Assembly (NCBI GenBank): GCA_963776275.1
Contig: CAVZMI010000037.1
Coordinates: forward strand, 1 to 60,109
Origin: Ignavibacteriota bacterium
GTDB lineage: Bacteria > Bacteroidota > Ignavibacteria > UBA10030 > CAVZMI01
Length of the DNA: 60,109 nt
Direction: 5' to 3'
How positions within the stretch are numbered: the first letter of the stretch is position 1; each line of letters starts with the position of its first letter. The notes below the pieces were generated by a model. That model was given only the letters and a program-made list of their open reading frames with translations, was not told the origin of the DNA and searched no databases. The position numbers and the translations under genes were made by a program. Positions 19,543 through 27,853 of the stretch are shown here, piece by piece.

Positions 19543-19830
19543 TTATCGGAGAAGATTCTCAATAACTTTAATGAGTTTATTTGTTGTATCCCGTACTCCT
19601 TCCCAGTATTCGGCCCTTGCCTCTTCTTCTAATTGTATGCCAAGTTTTGATATTTCGGGAAAACCGAACATTGCGCCGCTCCCCTTAAGGGTATGGCCAA
19701 AAATGGCAATATTGTTGGCCTCGCGGTTTTTTATTTTTGAATCGAGAGAATTTAATTGATTCAACATATCACGAAGAAAATCCTTAGTGAGCTGTCGAAG
19801 AAACTCATCTTCATTGACAACATCAGTCAT
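19543..19830 (-). CDS. Stand-alone Hpt phosphotransfer protein
   Basis: GHTLKGSGAMFGF...LE motif. Confidence 0.9.
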   Translation of the reverse strand: MTDVVNEDEFLRQLTKDFLRDMLNQLNSLDSKIKNREANNIAIFGHTLKGSGAMFGFPEISKLGIQLEEEARAEYWEGVRDTTNKLIKVIENLLR

Positions 19831-19836
19831 AGTAAA

Positions 19837-20210
19837 TCACGATGGTCCAAGCAGCGATTCAATTTTATTACGAATCATTTCTTCTGTAACAGGTTTTGTG
19901 ATAAAATCATCCGCTCCTACATTTATTGCCCGCGACCGAAACTCGTCGCCACTCAACGTCGTTACCATTATAATTTTGGCAGTATTGGCCCCGAGAGCTT
20001 CCGGAAACGCTCGATGAATTCAAATCCATCCATTTCCGGCATCATTGCATCGACCAGTACCACATCCGGTTGTTCAGTCGTAACCTGCTGGAGCCCCTCC
20101 CACCCATTTGTGGCTACAATAGCATCGTAACCAGCTTTTTGGACATAGAATTTTAATAACTGGACAATCTGTGGTATGTCGTCGATGATCAGTACTTTGC
20201 GCTTGGGCAT
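19837..20210 (-). CDS. Single-domain response regulator (apparent -1 indel in a G-run at ~19990)
   Basis: VLIIDD and DVVLVDAMMP; adding one G restores KIIMVT...GADDFITKP to TGA at 19837-19839. Confidence 0.85.
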
Positions 20211-20268
20211 AAGCTATTATTGTCTTATCGAAATGATACTACGAAAAAGTACAAGAAAAAGCAAGGAA

Positions 20269-20297
20269 TTGCTTTTCCTGATGAGAGTTAGTATATT
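20269..20297 (+). promoter_or_regulatory. Promoter upstream of the GIY-YIG/tRNA-Ser(GGA) duplication
   Basis: TTGCTT-N17-TATATT. Confidence 0.5.
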
Positions 20298-20349
20298 TAT
20301 GAAAATTATTCACTGAAAAACAACTTTTTCACAGGCTAATTGAAATATT

Positions 20350-20524
20350 TTAGAAGCTTAATGAACATTATCGCCCGAAAACACCATTCACTAGTACTAG
20401 AATCCCCTGAGTATTGATACATCAGGAAGAATTTACAGCGATATCTGAAGCTCGTAAAGGAGAAAGGTTCTTGAAAAGTGGTGCGGGTCGTTTCTGGCTT
20501 GATAAATTCTTAAAGAAAAGATAG
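20350..20524 (+). pseudogene. Degenerate GIY-YIG fragment (first copy)
   Basis: High similarity to 20910-21081 (TTGATACATCAGGAAGAATTTACA...AAGGTTCTTGAAAAGTGGTGCGGG); in-frame TGA; 5' part lost. Confidence 0.8.
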
Positions 20525-20536
20525 TCCGTATTAAAT

Positions 20537-20604
20537 GGAGAGATGCAGGAGTGTCCCGTCCCGTTTACATCGGGACGGGATGGCACGCCTGGAGAGCGTG
20601 TGTA
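20537..20604 (+). pseudogene. tRNA-Ser(GGA) 5' fragment with a palindrome in the D-loop
   Basis: GGAGAGATGCAGGAGTG-[TCCCGTCCCG-N7-CGGGACGGGA]-TGGCACGC-CTGGAGA-GCGTG; no adjacent T-arm. Confidence 0.7.
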
Positions 20605-20637
20605 TAAATAAATTGAGTGGATATTTCAAGAAAAACT

Positions 20638-20815
20638 GGAAGGGTGCGAGAGCGGTCTGAGCCGGAGGCTCATACGCCTCTGGCGTAGAATCGGCTCGCC
20701 TGGAAAGCGAGTTGGCGTCACAAGCGTCACGTGGGTTCTCAGCCACGCATTATGAATCGGTGAGGCTGATCCGCCTCCAAAGCTCAATCCAACGCGGCGG
20801 AGAATCCCACCCTCC
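20638..20815 (+). pseudogene. tRNA-Ser(GGA) copy interrupted by 30-nt (D-loop) and 63-nt (T-loop) inserts
   Basis: Matches 21195-21282 once inserts 20658-20687 and 20739-20801 are removed; the acceptor 3' strand is decayed. Confidence 0.85.
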
Positions 20816-20835
20816 TATTAAATTTAAATAAACCT

Positions 20836-21054
20836 ATGCACTATGTCTATGTATTGTGGAGTGAAAAGCTCAAAAAACGATATGTTGGTTCGGCAGGTAA
20901 TGTCTCTCAACGGCTCTATCAACATAATCATGGAAAAACACAATTCACTAGTCGCGGAATCCCCTGGGTTTTGATACATCAGGAAGAATTTACAACGACA
21001 TCCGAAGCACGTAAAAGAGAAAGGTTCTTGAAGAGTGGTGCGGGCCGTTTTTGA
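20836..21054 (+). CDS. Small GIY-YIG nuclease, possibly truncated by a Trp-to-TGA change ~9 codons from the end
   Basis: YVYVLWS...RYVGS...RLYQHN...FT....PW...EARKRERFLKSGAGR. The upstream copy has TGG where this one has TGA. Confidence 0.88.
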   Translation: MHYVYVLWSEKLKKRYVGSAGNVSQRLYQHNHGKTQFTSRGIPWVLIHQEEFTTTSEARKRERFLKSGAGRF

Positions 21055-21093
21055 CTTGATAAAATCTTAAAGAAAAGATAGCGAGTATTAAAC

Positions 21094-21160
21094 GGAGAGA
21101 TGCAGGAGTGTCCCGTCCCGTTTACATCGGGACGGGATGGTACGCCTGGAGAGCGTGTGA
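21094..21160 (+). pseudogene. tRNA-Ser(GGA) 5' fragment with D-loop palindrome (second copy)
   Basis: Near-identical to 20537-20604; offset 557 nt. Confidence 0.7.
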
Positions 21161-21194
21161 ATTAATAAACTAAGAGGATATTTCAAGAAAAACT

Positions 21195-21282
21195 GGAAGG
21201 GTGCGAGAGCGGTCGAATCGGCTCGCCTGGAAAGCGAGTTGGCGTCACAAGCGTCACGTGGGTTCAAATCCCACCCCTTCCG
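21195..21282 (+). tRNA. tRNA-Ser(GGA), intact
   Basis: GGAAGGG/CCCTTCC acceptor; anticodon arm CTCGC-CTGGAAA-GCGAG; variable arm; T-arm GTGGG-TTCAAAT-CCCAC. Confidence 0.92.
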
Positions 21283-21303
21283 CAATAGCGGATGAATATT
21301 AAC

Positions 21304-21392
21304 CGTGGGTTCTCAGCCACGCATTATAAATCGGTGAGGCTGATCCGCCTCCATCGCTAAATCCAACGCGGCGGAGAATCCCACTCTCTCCG
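21304..21392 (+). pseudogene. tRNA 3' fragment (T-arm and acceptor) with 63-nt T-loop insert
   Basis: GTGGGTTC-[21313-21375]-GAATCCCAC-TCTCTCC-G. TCTCTCC is complementary to GGAGAGA at 21094. Confidence 0.75.
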
Positions 21393-21454
21393 CTATGAAA
21401 AAGATTTTCATTGTTCCTTTTCTTACTGATCTCTTTTAAAAACGAAGGTAATAG

Positions 21455-22795
21455 ATGGTCTGGAATATCATGAGATTATCGCCGTATCATAGACATATCA
21501 AATCATTCAGATTTTTTATCTTTATTTGGATGCTCTTGTTTGGACTTCATTCTTCACTGTTTGCTGAAAAACCGACTGTCTATATCCTACGAATCGACGG
21601 AGCGATCAATCCTGCTGCGGCCGACTATATTCACTCAGCAATCGAAAATGCTTCAAAATCCGGCGCAGAAGCAATTCTGATCCAACTGAATACACCCGGT
21701 GGATTGTTGAAATCAACCCGCGTAATTGTTACAGATATTCTCACTTCTTCGATTCCGATTATTGTATATGTTGCACCAAGCGGTTCCCAGGCTGCTTCCG
21801 CCGGTGTTTTTGTAACACTTGCAGCACATGTTGCTGTCATGGCTCCGGGAACAAATATTGGTGCCGCCCATCCGGTCGGTGGTCAAGGAGAACAACCGGA
21901 TTCAATTATGATGGGAAAAGTTACAAACGACGCTGCTGCGTTTATCCGCACTATCGCTGAAAAACGGCATCGTAATGTCGCCTGGGCCGAGGACGCCGTT
22001 CGAAAAAGTCTTTCAATCACAGAAACCGAGGCATTTCAGAAAAACATCATCGACCTGATAGCCCGCGACCGAAAATCATTGCTGGACTCGGTCAATGGCC
22101 GTGAAATCGATGTGAACGGCCATGAACATGTTCTCCAAACAGCAGGAGCAGTCGAAATTATACATGAGATGAATTGGAGGCAGAAATTTCTGGATCTCCT
22201 CTCGAATCCAAACTTTGCATACATATTTTTGATGCTGGGATTCTACGGACTCTTATTTGAACTCTACAACCCCGGATCGATCTTTCCAGGAATCGTAGGT
22301 GTGATTAGTCTGATCTTGGCCTTTTATTCACTTCATACATTACCTGTAAATTACGCCGGACTCGGACTTATAATATTTTCCATCATTCTATTTATAGCTG
22401 AAATCAAAATTGTAAGCCACGGCCTTCTGGCAATTGGAGGAATAATATCGCTTATTCTTGGATCGCTAATGCTTATTGAAACGGAGCCTGGTATGGAGTT
22501 TCTTTCGATCTCATGGCAAGTTCTTATTCCGACTATCATCTTTACAGTTCTCTTTTTCCTGTTTATCATTGGTTTGGGCTTGAGAGCTCAACTTCGTAAA
22601 CCGACAACGGGAGCAGAGGGTCTTATCGGCGAAATCGGTACAGTCATGACACGCCTCGACCCTGACGGCAGGATACAAATTCATGGTGAACTCTGGTTTG
22701 CTCGAACTGATTCTCCGCCTATTGGTGAAGGGGCTCAAGTAAAGGTCACGGCCGTAAAAGATCTTGTATTAACGGTTGTTCCACAGCAACACTAA
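21455..22795 (+). CDS. nfeD: NfeD-family membrane-bound serine protease (ClpP class)
   Basis: LNTPGG, AASAG, MAPGTNIGAAHP; transmembrane block; C-terminal OB fold (GELWFA). Confidence 0.93.
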   Translation: MVWNIMRLSPYHRHIKSFRFFIFIWMLLFGLHSSLFAEKPTVYILRIDGAINPAAADYIHSAIENASKSGAEAILIQLNTPGGLLKSTRVIVTDILTSSIPIIVYVAPSGSQAASAGVFVTLAAHVAVMAPGTNIGAAHPVGGQGEQPDSIMMGKVTNDAAAFIRTIAEKRHRNVAWAEDAVRKSLSITETEAFQKNIIDLIARDRKSLLDSVNGREIDVNGHEHVLQTAGAVEIIHEMNWRQKFLDLLSNPNFAYIFLMLGFYGLLFELYNPGSIFPGIVGVISLILAFYSLHTLPVNYAGLGLIIFSIILFIAEIKIVSHGLLAIGGIISLILGSLMLIETEPGMEFLSISWQVLIPTIIFTVLFFLFIIGLGLRAQLRKPTTGAEGLIGEIGTVMTRLDPDGRIQIHGELWFARTDSPPIGEGAQVKVTAVKDLVLTVVPQQH

Positions 22796-22816
22796 TCTTT
22801 CTGAAAGGAGTTATTC

Positions 22817-23584
22817 ATGGAAGGTACAGTATTCGGAATGTTCGTTGTTGCCTTTTTCGTTCTGATCATTATTGCTAATGCGATCAAAATATTACGAGAG
22901 TACGAACGGGCAGTTATTTTTCGACTCGGTCGTCTCATTGCCGCAAAAGGCCCCGGCTTAATTTTACTCTGGCCGGGAATTGATCGGATGGTTAAAGTCA
23001 GCCTCCGCACGGTGGTCATGGATGTTCCACCCCAGGACGTCATCACGCGGGATAATGTCACGTTGAAAGTGAGTGCAGTGGTCTATTTCCGCGTGATTGA
23101 TCCTGTCAAGGCAATCGTAGAGGTGGAAAATTTCCTTTTTGCGACATCACAGATTTCTCAGACGACACTGCGGAGTATCCTAGGTCAAATGCAGCTTGAC
23201 GATCTTCTTTCCGAACGGGAAAAAATCAACCGGGAATTACAGGTTATCATCGACCGTTCAACGGAACCATGGGGCATCAAGGTCTCGAATGTCGAATTGA
23301 AGCATATCGATCTTCCGCAGGAGATGCAGCGTGCAATGGCCCGTCAGGCCGAAGCCGAGCGTGAACGACGCGCAAAGGTTATTAACGCCGAAGGAGAATT
23401 GCAGGCCTCTGAAAAACTCTCTCAGGCTGCTAAGGTCATTGGTGAATACCCGACAGCGATTCAATTGCGATATCTGCAGACGCTCGTTGAGGTGGCATCG
23501 GAAAATAATTCGACAACCATTTTCCCTATCCCGATCGATTTATTGACCCCATTTATAGCTAAAGAAAAGGACAATAAGAAATAA
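22817..23584 (+). CDS. Stomatin/slipin SPFH-domain protein
   Basis: [31 protein letters not shown] and QLRYLQTL; follows nfeD. Confidence 0.95.
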   Translation: MEGTVFGMFVVAFFVLIIIANAIKILREYERAVIFRLGRLIAAKGPGLILLWPGIDRMVKVSLRTVVMDVPPQDVITRDNVTLKVSAVVYFRVIDPVKAIVEVENFLFATSQISQTTLRSILGQMQLDDLLSEREKINRELQVIIDRSTEPWGIKVSNVELKHIDLPQEMQRAMARQAEAERERRAKVINAEGELQASEKLSQAAKVIGEYPTAIQLRYLQTLVEVASENNSTTIFPIPIDLLTPFIAKEKDNKK

Positions 23585-23590
23585 CGTTAA

Positions 23591-23620
23591 ACGCCCCGGT
23601 GATTCTCCCGGGGCGTGTTG
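23591..23620 (+). terminator. GC-rich hairpin after stomatin
   Basis: ACGCCCCGG-N8-CCGGGGCGT; weak U-tail. Confidence 0.6.
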
Positions 23621-23657
23621 TATATAGCTCTTATCGTCAACTTGACGACTGTGACGT

Positions 23658-26004
23658 ATGGATCCACTCCTCTATGGACATAACCCTGACGAACGAATCG
23701 TTGCTGTCCATCCGGCTGGCGATTCAAAGATGAACGTCTATTATCGCCAGGCCGACCAGGTGAGGTGTGAAACAGTCGATTTCTATCCTTTCTTCTATCT
23801 TGCCGACGGACATTACATTGATGGATTCGAGGCAAAGCATTGGTTGAAGGAACTCTCCGGCTCGAATTATTACAGGCACCTCGTCGCCTGCATGAAATGG
23901 TCGGATACCTGGGAAGCCATGCGTTGTGTACTCCGGAATGCCGCACGGGAGCTACAAGCCCCATTGAAAACCTATACCGATACCGACCTCATTCATTTCA
24001 TTGCCGATCCCACGACACAATTTCTTATGCAAAGCGGACGAACTCTCTTCAAAGGGATGGGATTTACAGATCTTCGACGAATGCAAATCGATATCGAAAC
24101 ATATTCTCTGGCAGGATTCAGCAATGCCGCTCGTGAGGAAGACCGTATTATCCTTATTGCATTAGCAGATTCTACGGGATGGGAATATCTGATAAACGGA
24201 AAACAGCTTTCCGAAGAGAAAATGCTGAACGAGCTGATCACGATCATCCGGGATCGAGATCCCGATATCATTGAAGGACATAACATATTTGGCTTTGATC
24301 TCCCCTATATTCTCCGGCGATGCGATCTGCATCATATTGAATTCGGAATCGGGCGCGATGAAAGCGCGCCCCGTTCGTTCTCTCCCCGCAGAACCCACAC
24401 CGAACGCGAAAGCGAACCGTCGGGCTATGAAATTCACGGCAGGCATATTATCGATACCATGCATCTTGTCCAGTCGTACGATGCATCAAAAAGAGTAATG
24501 GAAAGCTACAGTCTGAAATATGCCGCACAATTCTTTGGCTTCGCTTCATCAGATCGCATCTATCTTCGTGGGAACCGCATTTCTTGGTATTGGGATCACG
24601 ATCCTGAAATCGTCATGAAATATGCCCAGGACGATATCCGTGAAACCCGCAAATTAAGTGAACATCTTTCACAGACGACATTCTATCTTACACAAATGCT
24701 GCCGGCAAATTATGGTCTGGTTTCACGACTCGGATCAGCGGCAAAAATCGAAATGCTATTGCTCCGTGAATATCTTCGTCAACGACATTCAATTCCACTC
24801 CGCCGAGAAGGATCACAGACCACAGGAGGATATACGGATATCCTGGTGACCGGCGTTGTACGGACCTATAGTTTATGCCGATGTGGAATCATTGTATCCT
24901 TCGATCATAACGACAATGAACATTGCGCCTTCATCCGATGCTTTGGGCGTATTCTCCAGGATACTCAGTGAGCTCACCACTCGACGTTTGGAAGTAAAAC
25001 GTTTGATGAAGGAATGCGATGATCCTCAGCACCGATCAATGCTCGATGCAATGCAATCATCGCTGAAAATTCTCATTAATTCATTCTACGGATATTTGGG
25101 ATACAGCAGAGGATTATTTAACGACTTTGCCCAGGCCGATAAAGTAACAACAACGGGTCGGGAAATTCTTCGCTCTGCGATAGCTGCAATCCGTGCAAAA
25201 GCCGGACGTGTCATAGAAGTTGACACCGATGGCATTTATTTTGTACCTCCATATGGTATGAAGGGAGAAGAATCCGAACGTGTTTTTGTAGCTGAAATTT
25301 CTGAAGCGCTCCCAGAAGGAATTAACCTTTTATTCGAAGGACGTTATAAGAAAATGCTCAGCTACAAAAAGAAAAATTATGCTCTTTTACGGTATGATAA
25401 TAAAGTTGATATAAGTGGTTCGTCGCTCATTTCGCGCGGCATGGAACGTTTCGCACGCAACTATGTGAGGCAGGCAATTGACTGCCTTCTTCAAAATAAA
25501 ATCGGGGCGCTGCATAAGCTCTATACTACACTCAGGCACGATATCATTGAGCATAGGTTGGATATTCACGATTTCGCCCGAACGGAACAGCTCAAAGATT
25601 CTCTTGAAGAGTACAAACGCAATATAGAAACCGGAAAACGTAATCGTCATGCGGCGTATGAACTTGCACTCGCAGCCGAAGGAAAATATCGGAAGGGAGA
25701 TCGGATCTCATATTACATTATTGGTACCGACCCCGATCCGCGTGGTTTTGAACAGTGTAAGCTTGCCGAAGAATGGATTCCAAGCAGCCCGGACGAAAAT
25801 GTGGCATACTATCTGAAACGTCTTGACGAGCTTTCGGAAAAGTTCGAGGTTTTTTTCACACCAGCCGATTACCAGGCGATCTTCACTGCGGAGGATCTGT
25901 TCGGATTTTCACCCGACACGATTGTAGTAATGACGCGGGATGTTACAAGCGCACTTGATGAGCGTGAGAGTCCTGATCCGCAGATCTGGCTTGCGGAAGA
26001 ATAA
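23658..26004 (+). CDS. Family B DNA polymerase with 3'-5' exonuclease (apparent +1 indel at ~24856)
   Basis: ExoI DIET, ExoII HNIFGFDLPYI, ExoIII YAQDD; polymerase motifs DVESLYPS, KILINSFYG and DTDG; KKNY. Confidence 0.9.
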
Positions 26005-26014
26005 GGGAAAGTGC

Positions 26015-26596
26015 TTACATTGACAAAAATTCTTGAAGCGTCACAAAGAATTTTGTCAATGGAAATCCTACGACGTTGTAAAAACATCCCGTGATTGATT
26101 CAACAAATACTGCTCCGTAATCATCCTGGATACCATATGCCCCGGCTTTGTCCATAGGTGAACCCGAAGCGACATAAGAAGCAATCTCATCATCGTGAAG
26201 GTGCCGGAATCGAACGAGTGTTTTTTCATAGGAGCTGACTTCCTGCATACTCGGAGTATCAAGGAGCGTGAATCCTGTGTAGACTTCATGTTCCCGGCCG
26301 CTCAAGCTATGTAACATCGTGATGGCTTCAGTGGGAGTTACGGGTTTTCCAAGAATTTTTCCGTCCAGTACAACAACGGTATCAGCACCGATAATGATTG
26401 CATTCTGAACGCTCTGGGCTATTTCGTAAGCTTTCGCCCGTGATAGCGTCAGAACAATTTCATGCGGTTGACGATCATTGACATGATCCTCGGAGATATG
26501 ACTGGGGATGATATCGAATGTGAGTCCGATCTGACGAAGGAGAGAAGCCCGTCGCGGAGATTGTGATGCAAGAACTAATCGTTTTGGGATATTCAT
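26015..26596 (-). CDS. maf: Maf-family nucleoside-triphosphate pyrophosphatase
   Basis: LASQSPRR, GADTVV, ILGKP and DKAGAYGIQ. Confidence 0.95.
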   Translation of the reverse strand: MNIPKRLVLASQSPRRASLLRQIGLTFDIIPSHISEDHVNDRQPHEIVLTLSRAKAYEIAQSVQNAIIIGADTVVVLDGKILGKPVTPTEAITMLHSLSGREHEVYTGFTLLDTPSMQEVSSYEKTLVRFRHLHDDEIASYVASGSPMDKAGAYGIQDDYGAVFVESITGCFYNVVGFPLTKFFVTLQEFLSM

Positions 26597-26610
26597 AACA
26601 TGATGGATAA

Positions 26611-26637
26611 TAAAAAAGCGACATTTAAAGTGTCGCT
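26611..26637 (-). terminator. Intrinsic terminator
   Basis: Minus strand AGCGACA-N7-TGTCGCT followed by a T-run. Confidence 0.7.
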
Positions 26638-26670
26638 CCTTTTATCGGTAAAAATAAATTTAACCTCGTT

Positions 26671-27093
26671 TCATCGGAACATAGCTTTGATACTTCCCCA
26701 TGTTCGTTTGACACCGGAGAGAGAGCTATTCCCGGGCGATGCCGAGCCTGCAAAGTACTGTACTCCCTGACTTCCGTCTTTTCCAATAATCACCAATCGA
26801 TATTGATATCTTGCCGTACTTGTTTTCTGCGCCGATTGATCCTGATATCGATAAGTTGTTCCGGGGCCCTGTGGAGAAATTTTATTCTGAAGAATCGAGT
26901 TATACTGCTGGTAATTTGCGATGGATCGTTCGATATCGAAAGCAGAAAGGTTATCTTCCTGGGATGTAGTCCATTCAAGTGTGATGAAGCCGTTTTCCGT
27001 ATCCAATTTCATGTTTTGGATAATAACTCCGGCCATCACAATAGAAATAGCACTGACAAAAAATACCAAAATGAGGAGAGAAGTTCGTTTCAT
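26671..27093 (-). CDS. Secreted FN3/Ig-like small protein ending in TWGSIKAMFR
   Basis: Signal peptide; ITLEWTT..E....FDIERS...YRYQD...YQYRL pattern; terminal TWGxIK motif. Confidence 0.7.
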   Translation of the reverse strand: MKRTSLLILVFFVSAISIVMAGVIIQNMKLDTENGFITLEWTTSQEDNLSAFDIERSIANYQQYNSILQNKISPQGPGTTYRYQDQSAQKTSTARYQYRLVIIGKDGSQGVQYFAGSASPGNSSLSGVKRTWGSIKAMFR

Positions 27094-27119
27094 GGAGATT
27101 ATAACCCTTCGTAACCGAA

Positions 27120-27148
27120 AATATACACTTCGAGAATGAGAAAGTCAA
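27120..27148 (-). promoter_or_regulatory. Promoter of the TWGxIK protein gene
   Basis: TTGACT-N17-TATATT. Confidence 0.65.
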
Positions 27149-27220
27149 GTCTTTCATGAACTCATGAAGGACTAACCGACTATTGAACAAAAAACCCCAA
27201 AAAGATGCGGAATTTACGTG

Positions 27221-27303
27221 TGCGGAAGGCGGGACTTGAACCCGCACGCCTTTTGGGCGCCACCCCCTCAAGATGGTGTGTCTGCCAATTCCACCACTTC
27301 CGC
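27221..27303 (-). tRNA. tRNA-Leu(GAG)
   Basis: Reverse complement GCGGAAGTGGTGGAATTGGCAGACACACCATC-TTGAGGG-GGTGG...GGTTCAAGTCCCGCCTTCCGCA. Confidence 0.95.
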
Positions 27304-27309
27304 AAAAAG

Positions 27310-27382
27310 TGATCGCGGATGGACTCGAACCATCGACCCTCTGCTTAAAAGGCAGATGCTCTACCTGCTGAGCTACGCGATC
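27310..27382 (-). tRNA. tRNA-Lys(TTT)
   Basis: Reverse complement GATCGCGTAGCTCAG...TCTGC-CTTTTAA-GCAGA...GGTTCGAGTCCATCCGCGATCA. Confidence 0.95.
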
Positions 27383-27401
27383 ATATATTCGCTATTATTC
27401 T

Positions 27402-27494
27402 GTGGATATCTCTTCACCGGCTCAGCACCCGGCCTTGTAACACAAAAATTTTAATAAAACCGGGCCAGGAATAGTCATCATCGGGTGATTCCAC
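27402..27494 (-). ncRNA. Candidate structured ncRNA in the leader of the tRNA-Lys/Leu transcript
   Basis: Nested stems GTGGA/TCCAC, CACC/GGTG and CCCGG/CCGGG, with ATGATGA and CTGA in the internal loop; promoter just upstream. Confidence 0.4.
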
Positions 27495-27510
27495 GATCAA
27501 TTACACAGTG

Positions 27511-27539
27511 AAATTACTAAAAATTACCATTATTTGCAA
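27511..27539 (-). promoter_or_regulatory. Promoter for the candidate ncRNA and tRNA-Lys/Leu
   Basis: TTGCAA-N17-TAATTT. Confidence 0.55.
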
Positions 27540-27556
27540 GTGCTTTTTATTGCCAT

Positions 27557-27835
27557 TCAAGGCTGGGGTGGTTCTTGCTGCGTAGGAATTTCCTTTTTTC
27601 TGTAAAAAATAGCTATCGGGATAATGATACAGTACCCGATTACCAGCAAAATTGGCGCTACAACAAGCGGTATCGCAGAAAACACCGGCATCTGAGCTAG
27701 CGCGATGTCTCCAAGTAGTAGAAGCAGAACACCTGCCACAAGGAGTAAATAGTTCGTTTTTGTAAAGGCTAAGGGAAGTTCTTTACGGCTTTTTTTCTTT
27801 CGAAATTTCAATCGTTGATTGATTTCCATTGTCAT
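27557..27835 (-). CDS. Small membrane protein (DUF3098-like)
   Basis: F.KTNYLLL..G...two transmembrane helices...APILLVIGY...AIF pattern. Confidence 0.75.
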   Translation of the reverse strand: MTMEINQRLKFRKKKSRKELPLAFTKTNYLLLVAGVLLLLLGDIALAQMPVFSAIPLVVAPILLVIGYCIIIPIAIFYRKKEIPTQQEPPQP

Positions 27836-27853
27836 GCTTCTCCTTCTTCTTAT

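Noticed and set aside
21052-21054. TGA at likely Trp positions (GIY-YIG here, RAYT at 44862) as evidence of TGA=Trp recoding
   Set aside because: RF2 with its TGA-dependent frameshift is present and many core genes end in TGA, so TGG-to-TGA mutation is simpler.
20531-21285. ORFs 20531-20746 and 21088-21285
   Set aside because: They are antisense readings of tRNA-derived sequence.
15169-21392. A single prophage or ICE between the two tRNA-Ser genes
   Set aside because: No integrase, phage or conjugation genes, and no shared att repeat links the two loci.
24850-24975. Naturally split or programmed-frameshift PolB
   Set aside because: One extra base restores a continuous frame, there is no slippery site, and similar indels occur throughout the window.
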